64,000 bases of DNA. Source: a virus. Below, piece by piece: positions 21,058 to 31,475 of the stretch. The stretch lies in IMG/VR virus record IMGVR_UViG_3300050343_000285, positions 130,788-194,787 of that record; one strand, written 5' to 3'. Made by a program: the position numbers and the translations under genes. How positions within the stretch are numbered: position 1 is the stretch's first letter; the number at the start of each line of letters is the position of its first letter. The notes beneath the pieces are model-generated. The model was given only the letters and a program-made list of their open reading frames with translations, was not told the DNA's origin and did not search any database.

Positions 21058-22039
21058 ATTCTTTATTATCCTTATAAAATTTATGAATAAATTTTTCTTT
21101 ATATAGTTTATCAATATCAATATCAACTGAAGATATTTCTTTTAATTTATTTTTTAATATTTTTGTATGCTTTCTTTGTGTAGATACAGCATCCTGTCTT
21201 ATCCTTTGTCTTTGCTCTAAGGTGGGATAATTAAGTAGCCATTTTCCTACACATTCGGCTACACTTTCTGGGCTATCGTCTGCTATCAAACAGTTAGTAC
21301 TTGTAAAAAAAGTATCTCTACCACCTTTTGATTTAGTAGAGACTATAGGTAATCCGCATAATAAATATTCTATACTACTATACATCGCTCCTTCGCTACT
21401 AGAGAGACATAACCCCACCCGTGATCTGTTTAATACATCGTTAACTTGATTCTTATTTATCAAGTTATGATATAAAGTAAAAGGATTATTCTGATTAGCC
21501 ATTAATAACATATGACCCTTTTTAGTGTATGGATGAGGCAATCTATTTTCTGAAGTTAAATATAGAATGTTGCTCAAATTATAAGAAAGATGATGTCTTT
21601 TGTATGGACACATTCTGGCTGTATATACACAATCCCACATTTTATCACAAGACTGTATATTAAAAATTTTCCTACTTACGGTGGCATTGTGATTACATAA
21701 TATTCCAGAAAATCTACTGCCATATTCTTTTGGTATCCTATTTAATGTTTCAATATCATTACAGCATATAACTATATTAAGATCAGTAGTCTCTCCTAAT
21801 ATCTGATTAATTTGAGGTTTGAGTGCCTTCCAAGACGCATCATTCAATGTGCGATATTGCCATAAAAATAATGTATAAGGATTGTCTTGGTTTTTAATGT
21901 ACCTTATTGTATTGCTTAATAAATTTTTATTTTTAGGATTCAGAGGTATATTTTTTTTATCTTTTAGTATTCCTGTCGTACCAAATAATACGTTTATCTC
22001 TGGTATTTCAAACAATTTATTCAATTTATGCCTCCACAA
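21050..22039 (-). CDS. GT4/GT-B glycosyltransferase
   Basis: YTARMCPYKRH, LSSSEGAMYSSIEYLLCGLPIVST. Confidence 0.8.
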   Translation of the reverse strand: MWRHKLNKLFEIPEINVLFGTTGILKDKKNIPLNPKNKNLLSNTIRYIKNQDNPYTLFLWQYRTLNDASWKALKPQINQILGETTDLNIVICCNDIETLNRIPKEYGSRFSGILCNHNATVSRKIFNIQSCDKMWDCVYTARMCPYKRHHLSYNLSNILYLTSENRLPHPYTKKGHMLLMANQNNPFTLYHNLINKNQVNDVLNRSRVGLCLSSSEGAMYSSIEYLLCGLPIVSTKSKGGRDTFFTSTNCLIADDSPESVAECVGKWLLNYPTLEQRQRIRQDAVSTQRKHTKILKNKLKEISSVDIDIDKLYKEKFIHKFYKDNKEYE

Positions 22040-22368
22040 TTTTCTCTAATGATATCATTAGACAAAAGTTCAGACCAATAAATTTCGTAGGCTACTGTTT
22101 CCTCAAGAGCCTCGAACATATGATATTCTTTAGGCTTAACAACAGACATTTGCTTTGATGCTATTATAGTTTCGTCTTTTAGGTCGTAATCATTTTTCCA
22201 TATACTAATTTTTAAAGAGCCTTTTTCTATAAAGAATGCATTATACTTATTATCATGCTTATGTTTAGAACAGTAACCTCCTTTATTAACTTCTATACGA
22301 TGAATTTCAACATTATTTTTTAAAAAAAGTTGTTGAGTTAAACCCCATATTTTCCCCTGAATATTCAT
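22021..22368 (-). CDS. cupin-fold protein (sugar isomerase-like)
   Basis: CSKHKH...FFIEKG...VKPKEYHMF. Confidence 0.75.
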   Translation of the reverse strand: MNIQGKIWGLTQQLFLKNNVEIHRIEVNKGGYCSKHKHDNKYNAFFIEKGSLKISIWKNDYDLKDETIIASKQMSVVKPKEYHMFEALEETVAYEIYWSELLSNDIIRENCGGIN

Positions 22369-22977
22369 TTATATAGCCTTTATATTTTTAGGTATATATT
22401 CGTAATTATATTTAATTAAAAGTTTTTTATATTTATTCATAAAATTTTCTACAGTTTTGGATTGTATATTTAAAGGATATAAACTATGCTTATTGATTTT
22501 ATCTTTATGAATTACATTGTATCCTTTTAGTATTTGAGATAGATCTTGCTGCAAGTTTTCCTGCCTACCTATGAGCCAAGCATCTTTTGTATAATTATTA
22601 AAAAAAGTTTCCAAGAAATTAGAATGGTAGTTGGCGCATCTCTGCACCGTATCATTTAGATCGTCTTCATTTATACATTCATGCCAATGGCTCCAATTAT
22701 TTTTACTTTCCCAATTATTCTTGGGTTTAGAGTTTTGACTATCTCTACAATTTGCATGTTTCCAGTGTCCCCATACTGAACAAACTAAAGAAAGGGGATG
22801 CCTAATAAAAGTAAAATATTTTTTACTAGTACTGGTTTTTTCCTTGACAACAAAATATGGATCGTGTTTTTCACAAATGTTTTTCCCATTACATTGGCGA
22901 CTTAATATATTTTCAATATAAGTACCACCAGTTTTGGGCATATGTATAAATATCATATCATTTAGTTCAATAGCCAT
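22369..22977 (-). CDS. sulfotransferase family 2 protein
   Basis: FIHMPKTGGT, FIRHP. Confidence 0.8.
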   Translation of the reverse strand: MAIELNDMIFIHMPKTGGTYIENILSRQCNGKNICEKHDPYFVVKEKTSTSKKYFTFIRHPLSLVCSVWGHWKHANCRDSQNSKPKNNWESKNNWSHWHECINEDDLNDTVQRCANYHSNFLETFFNNYTKDAWLIGRQENLQQDLSQILKGYNVIHKDKINKHSLYPLNIQSKTVENFMNKYKKLLIKYNYEYIPKNIKAI

Positions 22978-23540
22978 TATATATACTCGTAATTAAATCT
23001 TTCAAAATCCTCTGTGTAGTAATCATAAAGATTATTTTTCTGCTCTTTAGTTATATTAATATTTATTATCTGGGTCTCGTTTGTTTTTTTTATCTTAACA
23101 GGTATGCCTTTGTCTATTAGAAATCTTTTTACATCTAAATCATATTGTTCGAATTTTATGACATTATCTGCATGTTCTATACAGTTATAAGGATGGGTTA
23201 TTGGTATAGCATGATGTTTAAAACTTTCAATTCTACCATATTCATTATCATATGCAAGGCTATCATCTTTTAAATAATTTATCGCAGTATCTATTGTTAA
23301 GTCTCTAATTTCCGGCGGGAACACGGTTGTTCCAAATTTAAACATTTTAAAAGCAGATAAAAACCTTTCTATCGGATGTCTGCAAAAACCTATCTTATTA
23401 TAATTAATATATTCATTAGGTATATATCCTTTATACCTTTCTGTAAATTTTACACCTGAATATCTTCTAATAGATGATCCTCCACACTTCGGTATATGTA
23501 TTATAATTAATTTATATTTATGGTTAATAAAATTACTCAT
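22977..23540 (-). CDS. sulfotransferase family 2 protein
   Basis: IHIPKCGGSS, RHPIERFLS. Confidence 0.85.
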   Translation of the reverse strand: MSNFINHKYKLIIIHIPKCGGSSIRRYSGVKFTERYKGYIPNEYINYNKIGFCRHPIERFLSAFKMFKFGTTVFPPEIRDLTIDTAINYLKDDSLAYDNEYGRIESFKHHAIPITHPYNCIEHADNVIKFEQYDLDVKRFLIDKGIPVKIKKTNETQIININITKEQKNNLYDYYTEDFERFNYEYI

Positions 23541-24055
23541 ATTACTAATTTAATAATTACACAATCATCATTTTTGGGTGTAGCATTTATAGCAGCAGGA
23601 TTTATGAGATTATATATTCTATCATACCACCAATGCATATTTTTAATAGTTTTATGACAGTTGGTTTTATCTGGTAATAAGATAGTTGCCTCTCTAGTTG
23701 AAATAGCATGATACATAAATTTTGGTTTTAGATATAACATTTCCTCAAATATATTATCTAGTTCATCTTCATATATATGTTCTAACAAATCGGTAGTAAT
23801 AACTAAATCATATTTTTCTTTGGGTATTTTTTCTTTCCCAGGATAGCATGGGTCAAATTCATCAATTAATACATTTCGCTTTCTTAAACTTTTCGCTAAG
23901 GAACCAGTACCAGAGCCAAAATCTAAAACAGTTTGCGCTCCAGTTTGACGTATAAGGTTTAATATATCTTCAGCGTACTCTAAGCCAGTGTCTCCATAAT
24001 TACGCTCCTGATGCAACTGCTTGTATAATTTAAGGTCTTTATAATGATATTTCAT
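23537..24055 (-). CDS. class I SAM-dependent methyltransferase
   Basis: VLDFGSG.G, YDLV..TDLLEHI. Confidence 0.85.
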   Translation of the reverse strand: MKYHYKDLKLYKQLHQERNYGDTGLEYAEDILNLIRQTGAQTVLDFGSGTGSLAKSLRKRNVLIDEFDPCYPGKEKIPKEKYDLVITTDLLEHIYEDELDNIFEEMLYLKPKFMYHAISTREATILLPDKTNCHKTIKNMHWWYDRIYNLINPAAINATPKNDDCVIIKLVI

Positions 24056-24816
24056 ACTATTTCCTTAATATTTTGATATAATTTATTACCATCGTGGCAT
24101 CCACTTTTTACTTCTTTTCTTCCACAAGGATATGGTTCCCTAGAACGCTTAAAACCTCGACCTTCGGATGATTGACCAGAGTGTAAATGTTTTGGTAATT
24201 CTCTACAGGGTGTTATATAAACATACCTACGAAAAAATTCTTTCCATTTTGATTGATTAAATTCATTAGGTTCCCTAGCCAACATAAAAAAATAACCAAG
24301 TATCTGTTCACATATTTCAACATCCAACTCTTTAAAGTTCTCTTTATGACAATATTCTATTATATTTTTTAACGCTTTGATCATATTTTTTTTAGAATCT
24401 AAAAATAAATGACCAGATAAACAAAAGGGGTGAATATTCCAAAAACCATTATCTGTTGTATGAAGTCTATTAGGGAATTTTATGAAATTATCTATCATTT
24501 TATCCAGATTAGGATATAATTCATCGCTTCTTGTTTTTAAAATATATTCATTTTTTGCAAGTAAAGAACCCTGTAATAATGTTTTTGTTATATAATATAT
24601 ACTACCATGATTAATAATATTTGACATATCATCAGGATAGTCGCTAGTGACTAATTTAAATTTTGCATTTTTTGATTTTTTGTTCAAAAGAAAATAGTTC
24701 TCGCCTGTTGACCACGTTGAGACTATAACTTCTCCAAAATCTTGGTAACAGTCTATAGCCTCATAGGTTCTTTCGTCCAGCGGCCCTTGTATGACTACCG
24801 ATATATTTTCTCTCAT
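24052..24816 (-). CDS. WavE-like glycan synthesis protein
   Basis: VVIQGP, IVSTW, LKTRSDE. Confidence 0.5.
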   Translation of the reverse strand: MRENISVVIQGPLDERTYEAIDCYQDFGEVIVSTWSTGENYFLLNKKSKNAKFKLVTSDYPDDMSNIINHGSIYYITKTLLQGSLLAKNEYILKTRSDELYPNLDKMIDNFIKFPNRLHTTDNGFWNIHPFCLSGHLFLDSKKNMIKALKNIIEYCHKENFKELDVEICEQILGYFFMLAREPNEFNQSKWKEFFRRYVYITPCRELPKHLHSGQSSEGRGFKRSREPYPCGRKEVKSGCHDGNKLYQNIKEIV

Positions 24817-25709
24817 GTCTCTTTGCCTAAAATCCTACCCTTTTGAGTTCTAATAACATAGCCCATACGAATCATATATGGTTCAATACTATTTTCAATA
24901 GTTTCCATAGCGATACCTGTCATACTAGATATAGCCTTTAATCCCAAAGGATTAATTCTATTTTTTTTCAAAATATTAAGATACATATTATCATTAGAGT
25001 CAAATCCGTTTGAGTCAATACCTTGTCTATTAAAAATTTTATCTATATTATCTTTATCTTTAGGATATGATGCTATATAATTTTTATACCATTGTAACCT
25101 TGCGTTAAGTATCCTTGGGGTTCCCTTACTTCGCTCGGCTATAGATATCATCTGACTATCACTCAAAGACAATCCTAATTTATCTGCATTCGACCTTGCT
25201 AGTTTTGCTAAGACAGTATTTTTATAAAAAGATAGATGTTCTTTCATAGTGAAGCGATCATAAAAAGGTTGACTTAAACTACCACCACTAGTCGTAGCGC
25301 CGACTAGAGTAAAGATCGGAAGATCAATGCTGTCAGGTTTATTTTGCACCAGCATATCTATCCTAAAATCTTCCATAACAGGATATAAAAATTCTTCTAC
25401 TAATTTAGGAAGTCTGTGTATTTCATCAATAAATAAAACAGACCTTGGTTCTAGGTTCATTAGGTAGGGAATAATATTTTTTATACTTCTAACAGAAGCA
25501 GCATTAACAGTATATAGATTAACAGATAGTTCATTGGCTATAGCACTCGCTATAGTAGTCTTACCAAGGCCGGGAGGCCCGTCTATTAAAACATGAGGCA
25601 TTACTTGACCTGATTCTTTACAGCCGTTAGACATTATTTTCAGACGGCCTATAGTATCTTCTTGACCCACAATATCGTTAAAATTGGTCGGCCTAATAGA
25701 ATTATGCAT
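24813..25709 (-). CDS. ruvB: Holliday junction branch migration ATPase RuvB
   Basis: GPPGLGKTT, FIDEIH, GATT..G.LSQPFYDRF, KGTPR, IEPYMIR.G...RTQKGR. Confidence 0.95.
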   Translation of the reverse strand: MHNSIRPTNFNDIVGQEDTIGRLKIMSNGCKESGQVMPHVLIDGPPGLGKTTIASAIANELSVNLYTVNAASVRSIKNIIPYLMNLEPRSVLFIDEIHRLPKLVEEFLYPVMEDFRIDMLVQNKPDSIDLPIFTLVGATTSGGSLSQPFYDRFTMKEHLSFYKNTVLAKLARSNADKLGLSLSDSQMISIAERSKGTPRILNARLQWYKNYIASYPKDKDNIDKIFNRQGIDSNGFDSNDNMYLNILKKNRINPLGLKAISSMTGIAMETIENSIEPYMIRMGYVIRTQKGRILGKET

Positions 25710-26158
25710 GTTTTACTCCAATATTCTTTAATGCTGTTTTTACCAAAAGAGTCACTTCATTCGTTTGACAAATATGAAAAGACTTATCTATCAGTACCAA
25801 TGCTTCTTGTTTTTCAAAACCATAACCAATCAATATATCACAACACTCTTTTTTTATATCCGCATCTAACAAGACAGATGGTTCAGATTCAGGAGGTGTT
25901 GTTTGTTTTATAAAAGTATTATTAGTTTTAGGCTGTTTTGTTTGTACTTTATTAACGCTTTGCGTATTGTCTTTTTTCTTAGCGTAAAGTATTTTAGTGT
26001 CTAAAATTCTTTTAGGCTTTATTATTATATCACAATCACACACGATTTTAAAATTACGAGAGCAAGCCTCTTTATGACTAATCCAATGCTCACAACCACA
26101 TTTTGTACAAATATATTTATAATAAATATCTTTTGATACAGGTTTTAGAACTAAGCAT
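25702..26158 (-). CDS. Zn-ribbon protein with RuvA C-terminal-like domain
   Basis: CTKCGCEH...CDC, a Lys/Thr/Pro linker, then ECCDILIGYGFEKQEA...LVKTALK; start region probably has an indel. Confidence 0.5.
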
Positions 26159-26584
26159 TTACTTCTTTTTCTTTTTTCTTGTGTCTTCATCGTCATTTCC
26201 CTTAACCCAAAATACAAAATCATTTTTATCGCTGTCAAACGCTGATTCAACCAAGCCTTTATTAACTAAATCCCTAACTATATTAGATACCATTCTTTCA
26301 GATATATTAACTAGAATAACATCATAGTCGCCATCTTTAATAAACCAAGCCTTCTCACCCTCTCTTCTATGTAAAAATTCACCAAAGATTGTTTCAACTT
26401 CTTTGTAAGGTAGGAGTTTGTCCATTTCGCTATCATCTTCTTTGCTCGCTATTTTATCTACCTTGTCAAGAAAAGCATCATCATCTAATTTTACATTAGA
26501 TTCATCGAAATTATAATATATGACTCTTCTACTAAAATTAATTAGTTTTTTAAGATTCATTATTTCTAACCAGCCCTCACTCAT
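26159..26584 (-). CDS. hypothetical protein
   Basis: 141 aa ORF in operon context. Confidence 0.7.
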   Translation of the reverse strand: MSEGWLEIMNLKKLINFSRRVIYYNFDESNVKLDDDAFLDKVDKIASKEDDSEMDKLLPYKEVETIFGEFLHRREGEKAWFIKDGDYDVILVNISERMVSNIVRDLVNKGLVESAFDSDKNDFVFWVKGNDDEDTRKKKKK

Positions 26585-26593
26585 TTTTTCATC

Positions 26594-27028
26594 CTAGTTT
26601 AGATTATCGAACAAACCTTTATAATACATTGGCTGTTTAACAAAGTGTGCTGCATGACTAGATATATGGTTTTTATATTGTTGTTCTATTTTATTTACTA
26701 CAAAATATTTTCTTTTCCATATCGCTTCATCATAATTATTATTACCTAAATATTCAAAATATTTGCTTGTCGGAATTTTGGATATATTATTTGATACAGG
26801 TTCTTTGGATGGTTTATAATTACCTAATAGCCATACATTATCTTTTTCATTTACTATATCTTTAATAGCCTCAGATAACCATATTTCCCACGAATCCCAG
26901 TCAAATTTAAAAGGTTTTGGAAATCCATGCTCATTATATTCATGGAATTGAGCGCCATCAGGATAATATTTGTATTCATCATCATCGTATTCATTATGTT
27001 CTGGGTCGTCGTACATAATATTCTCCAA
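26594..27028 (-). CDS. hypothetical acidic protein
   Basis: 144 aa ORF with GGAG Shine-Dalgarno. Confidence 0.7.
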   Translation of the reverse strand: MENIMYDDPEHNEYDDDEYKYYPDGAQFHEYNEHGFPKPFKFDWDSWEIWLSEAIKDIVNEKDNVWLLGNYKPSKEPVSNNISKIPTSKYFEYLGNNNYDEAIWKRKYFVVNKIEQQYKNHISSHAAHFVKQPMYYKGLFDNLN

Positions 27029-27029
27029 A

Positions 27030-27083
27030 AAAAATCAGGGACTACAAGATATAACTGACTACTATATTATACCCCATAGTCCC
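27030..27083 (-). terminator. long hairpin plus U-tract (intrinsic terminator)
   Basis: Minus strand GGGACUAUGGGGUAUAAU / GUUAUAUCUUGUAGUCCC, 18 bp with G-U pairs valid only on this strand, then a T-run; overlaps a possible TTGATC-17-TATAAT promoter (27066-27094). Confidence 0.6.
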
Positions 27084-27114
27084 ATTAAGATCAACTAACA
27101 CAGAACTCATAAGA

Positions 27115-27161
27115 GGATGTGGTGGGGTCGAACCACCTTAGCCCAAATTGCTCACCCATCC
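27115..27161 (-). ncRNA. tRNA-like minihelix element in rIIB 3' region
   Basis: GGAUG...GGUGG-UUCGACC-CCACC-A-CAUCC: 5-bp T-stem, canonical T-loop and acceptor-like helix, with only about 18 nt between. Confidence 0.45.
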
Positions 27162-27183
27162 AATCACAGGAAATCACAGACTA

Positions 27184-28024
27184 TTAAAATTCTTCGTCAT
27201 CTTCATCTTCAAACTGATCCCAGTAATCTTCATCATACTCATCATAAACTGTTGAGTATTCATCTTCATCAACATAAGAGTCTGCCTCAAACTCAGCCTT
27301 ATAAAGAGGCTTTGGCAATTCTCCCTGATAAAGACCGACTACTTCATATTTACAAGTGCGAAGTTTCTCACAGTTGCAATCGCTAGGAACACTGACAACA
27401 TCTTCAGGATTGATTTTAACAATCACGATATTATCACCAGCATCTACATTACCATAATTTGCAACATAGTTTAATGCTCCAGCATGAAGCCCAGCAGAAC
27501 ATCCTCTACCTCGATTGTCATCTACCTTTGCTCGACGCATTTCGCAGACCTGACCAACCTTATTGTCGAATGTTCCTTTCCACTTGTCTTTAAAGTCACT
27601 GTTGACTGCCTTGTATGCAAGAAAACAACCGTCTTCAGTGATAGGAAGATTCTCATGCTCCAAGAAATCATACAGTTCTTGCTGACTTTGCATACTTGGA
27701 TTCTCCATAAGATTTTCCAAGAATTTTACAAGAGGCTCAAAGGGCAAGCCCTTACTCATAAATTCTATAATTCTCTTGCTGATGCTACCGTGAACTTCTT
27801 CACCCTCAAACATCACCTTACCATTTACGATTGATACTTGTCCGTCACTAAAACTAGCAACAGCCTTTCTCAATGTCTACCAGTTCTAGCAACTCATCTT
27901 CTGTCGCAGTTGGTAGTGCTTCCAGAATCAACTTGTAATTAGTATGATCTGGAATTACTTGGTGAGCCTTATTCTTTAAGATCACCGTTAAGTTGCCGTC
28001 AACCCACATAAAAGGAACACTCAT
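27184..28024 (-). CDS. rIIB: rIIB-like protein (frameshift near 27870)
   Basis: Rebuilt MSVPFMWVDGN...; NPS..SQQELYDFLEH, TEDGCFLAYK, CSAGLH, VKINPEDVVSVPSD...KLRTCKYEV; follows rIIA. Confidence 0.9.
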
Positions 28025-28049
28025 AATTAAAACTCCTGTGATAAAAACC

Positions 28050-30696
28050 TTAAACCAAATTTCCTATTGCTGTTCTCAGTTCGCTGAGTTCAACATTGTC
28101 AAACCATTTGTCTCGACCATAGTAACCATTGTTGTGAATATCTGTAGGATCATTAGTCTTGATCCTCTCAATATCCAAATCGTCGTTACCACTAACAATA
28201 TACTTTAGTATCGGTGACTTGTCAATAGCATCTTTAAGAATTTTTCTAAGAGCATCCATTTTAGGCAGGGTCTTGATGATTGCCTGACTACAGTGATTTC
28301 TTACCAGTTGGTAACTCTTCGTAACCATACAGTTTCTTAAATTCAAAAAGCATATTGTTTAGTTTAAGCATTTTAGCATTAATATCCTTTGCATCTTCTG
28401 TGATATTGTATGCACTTGCTATATTGTCTACATGCTGTTCAAGTCTTTGTCTACTAAATACTCTAAGATTAAAGTATTCACTATTTGCAACTTGAGCAAA
28501 GTAGTATATAAGTAGCCACTGATCCATCGCCTGAGTGACTGTCTCATCTTTAATATAATCCTTGTAGTCAAGGCCATAGATATTTAAAAGATTAGCCATT
28601 AGAACTCTATCTGAACGCTCTGGACTGACTGTGCCAACTTCTTTGTCTTCTTAAAGTCTGAGGTAGAATATTCTTTGTCACAGTGATTGATGACTGCATC
28701 ATACTTGCCTACTTCTTCTCTTAATTTCTTAGACATTTTTGCAGCCTTACTCTTAAACCATTTGTTAAAGCATACTAGTTAATACCCTGCTTTTGTAGTT
28801 TAGATACTGAACTTTGTTTGATAGCATAGATGTTATATCTACTTGAATAGTAAAGCACCTAAGACATTATCTTTACCTGCTAGACTATAAATCTTATGAA
28901 TTCGGGATAAGGACTAACAGACTTATATCTAGTGATAGGAACATAGATTACTTGTTCAGCATCTTCTAGTCCTTCTACTAGACTATCGCTCAGTTCGCTA
29001 AGTTGAGCAGAGTCATTAAGATTATTGCCGCTAAGATCAGAACACTCATCAGGCTTATTAATCTTTAGAACTTTTTAGCAGAAAGATTTCGTCTTTACTA
29101 ATCATACCAGCACCAGTTCCAGTTCTCCCCTTGGTGCTAGACTGTAGCAGACTACGGTACTCAGAGATATTCTTGACGTTCTCTTCGCCACCAACATCTT
29201 TGATAAGTTTAGCGAAACCCTCACCAGAATCTTCTGCTGGATTTTGAGTGTCAACCATAAGATATGCCATACAATCATTTTGATTACAATATCTAATCGC
29301 AATCTTCTTGGCAGTCTCAGGACTTCTAGTGTCGCAGACAAAGAAGGCTAGAGGATTAGTCTTACGGGTCTTCTCCCAATAATTAGATGATCTACCTTGT
29401 AGACTTTCGTGATGGATTTTATCTGTAAGATACAACATTCTCTTGGAACGATGACTAGCAGTACGATAATTAATAACATACAACTGTTTATGTTTACCTA
29501 ATTTATAATCTAAGTCTTCACCAGCAGACAGATCATGTTTCTTACCTTCTGGATCGACCCATTCTGCACCAGCAGTATATCCACCAGCAATATCAGCCAG
29601 CTTATAATATGTTTGGTAAGCATCTATAAGATTAGTCACACTCTTCAACCTTGGTTGACATATTGCTCTTGAGTTGTAGATAAATATCTTGGGTCTTTTC
29701 TCTAAGAGTTTTAATAACACCCTTAGTATACTGTAGACCTTCTCTACTAACATCCATCTCTAGTTCACCAATATCGCAGGTGATCTCAAGATATATGCCA
29801 GAGTTTAATATCTCTTTGACTAGTTAGTCCAGTTGTCTACATCAGCTTTCTTAAATGCTCTATTCCATCTTTGGATAGCATCACTCTTTTGCTCTTGTTC
29901 TTCTTTGCCGATAATTTTATCGGAATCTACTGGGTACGCAATATTACCCATGATAGCCACAATACCAGCACCGGGACTGTTATATGTGCTAGGATATTTG
30001 TCATCATTATCAGATATTCTACCAACACGCCAGTTAGTCCCTTCTATAATAGTATTATTATGAGAATAAGCATGATTATCAAGAAGTTTACAAGTACCAC
30101 CTTCAAGAATTGGCTTAGTCTTAAAGTAATGAAAGATTCTCTTGGACTTTTCAGTAAACTCTTGGAAGTCACTTTGCTTTACTGCAAAACTAATTTCAAG
30201 ACCATTAGGCTCATCAGTATCAGTGACCCCAAATAGACTCAGACTAGGAACTCCGCCTTCATCCATAGCTGCTATGTAATTGTACGCTTTGCCATTGAAG
30301 AAAGAAGTTGTGCTAAAACTTTTAGTGTAAGCAAATGGACTCTTAGAACCAAGACCAAGACAACCAGTAAAATCGTTACTGTCATTCTTGTTACTAGCCC
30401 CATAAGTTGTATAGAGTTCTTCCATATCTTCTTGAGAAATCCAGTACCATAATCTCTCACCGTAAAGTTAGGGTTTGCTTGTGTTGGTAAACTTACTTTA
30501 AAGGATTTCTATTGCCTGATGCAACATGAGCATCATTAGCATTTGTAGACAGTTCACGAATAACTGCCATTACCTTGTCAGAATACAACGAATCTGACAA
30601 AATCTTAAACATTTTACTGGTCTGTGCGATACTGAACTGGTTGCTAGCATCAACACCATTTGAATGAATTTCAACTGTACGATCTGCAAGTTTCAT
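28050..30696 (-). CDS. rIIA: rIIA-like protein with N-terminal GHKL (HATPase) domain, several frameshifts
   Basis: LSDSLYSDK.MAVIRELSTNANDAH, RDYGTG, YTTYGAS.K..SND..G.LGLGSKSPFAY; fragments rejoin with single-base corrections. Confidence 0.88.
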
Positions 30697-30735
30697 CTAT
30701 TAGTCTCCAAAAGTTAATTGTCCTGTGATAGCCTA

Positions 30736-30764
30736 AGTATATCATCGGCTATTACTTGTGTCAA
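30736..30764 (-). promoter_or_regulatory. sigma70-type early promoter of rIIA
   Basis: TTGACA-caagtaatagccgatga(17)-TATACT. Confidence 0.85.
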
Positions 30765-31163
30765 GCATTAATTAAAGTTGGAGTCCAAATTCTATCTGAA
30801 CATGGCAAAAAAGGATATTCTAATTCTTCGTCTTCTATTTCAAACCAATCTTCAATATCCATTATTATATGGGTCTTCATCCATCATCATAATGTTCGTA
30901 ATCTTCAGATTTGAAAATCTTCATCATTATAAGGACTCCACTCTGTATTATAGTCCTTGATTTCTTGATCTCTCTATTTGTTCTTCTATAATTTCTGCTG
31001 CATCTAATATGATTTCAAATTCTTGAATTTTATCATGATAATATTGAATTTTTTTTTCTAAATTTTTAAGAATTTTTTTAGATTATCTAGTTGTTTATCT
31101 GTCTTTAGCTGTGATTCAGCCATTTTTTTTTCTAATAATTTTATCTTATTAGTATTATCTAAA

Positions 31164-31475
31164 TCACATATCAGCCTTTATACTCTTTATATCGCCATTT
31201 TCATAATTTTTTTATCTTCATATGGTTCGATGCAATACGTCTATAAAACTCTTGTTTTATATTTTCTAATACACCAGTAACAATAGCTATTTTACTATAC
31301 GAAGTCTCTTTCATACATTGCAGTATTAATTCTACTAAAGGTATAGTTAATTTCTCCAGCGATAGATAAAAATTCTTCATTAGACATTTCTTTATTATTA
31401 TGTATTAAAGAATTAATCATATTCTCAATACTGTCATCTAGTTCTATTCTTGCTTTTCTCATTTATATAAGGCAT
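31164..31475 (-). CDS. hypothetical protein (MPYI... family), frameshifted
   Basis: MPYINEKARIELD...GEINYTFS...IVTGVLENIKQEFYRRIA; not in ORF track because of indels. Confidence 0.5.

Noticed and set aside
30778-31160. Acidic, low-complexity stretch upstream of the rIIA promoter
   Set aside because: Probably one or two small frameshifted ORFs; no motif or structure recognised.
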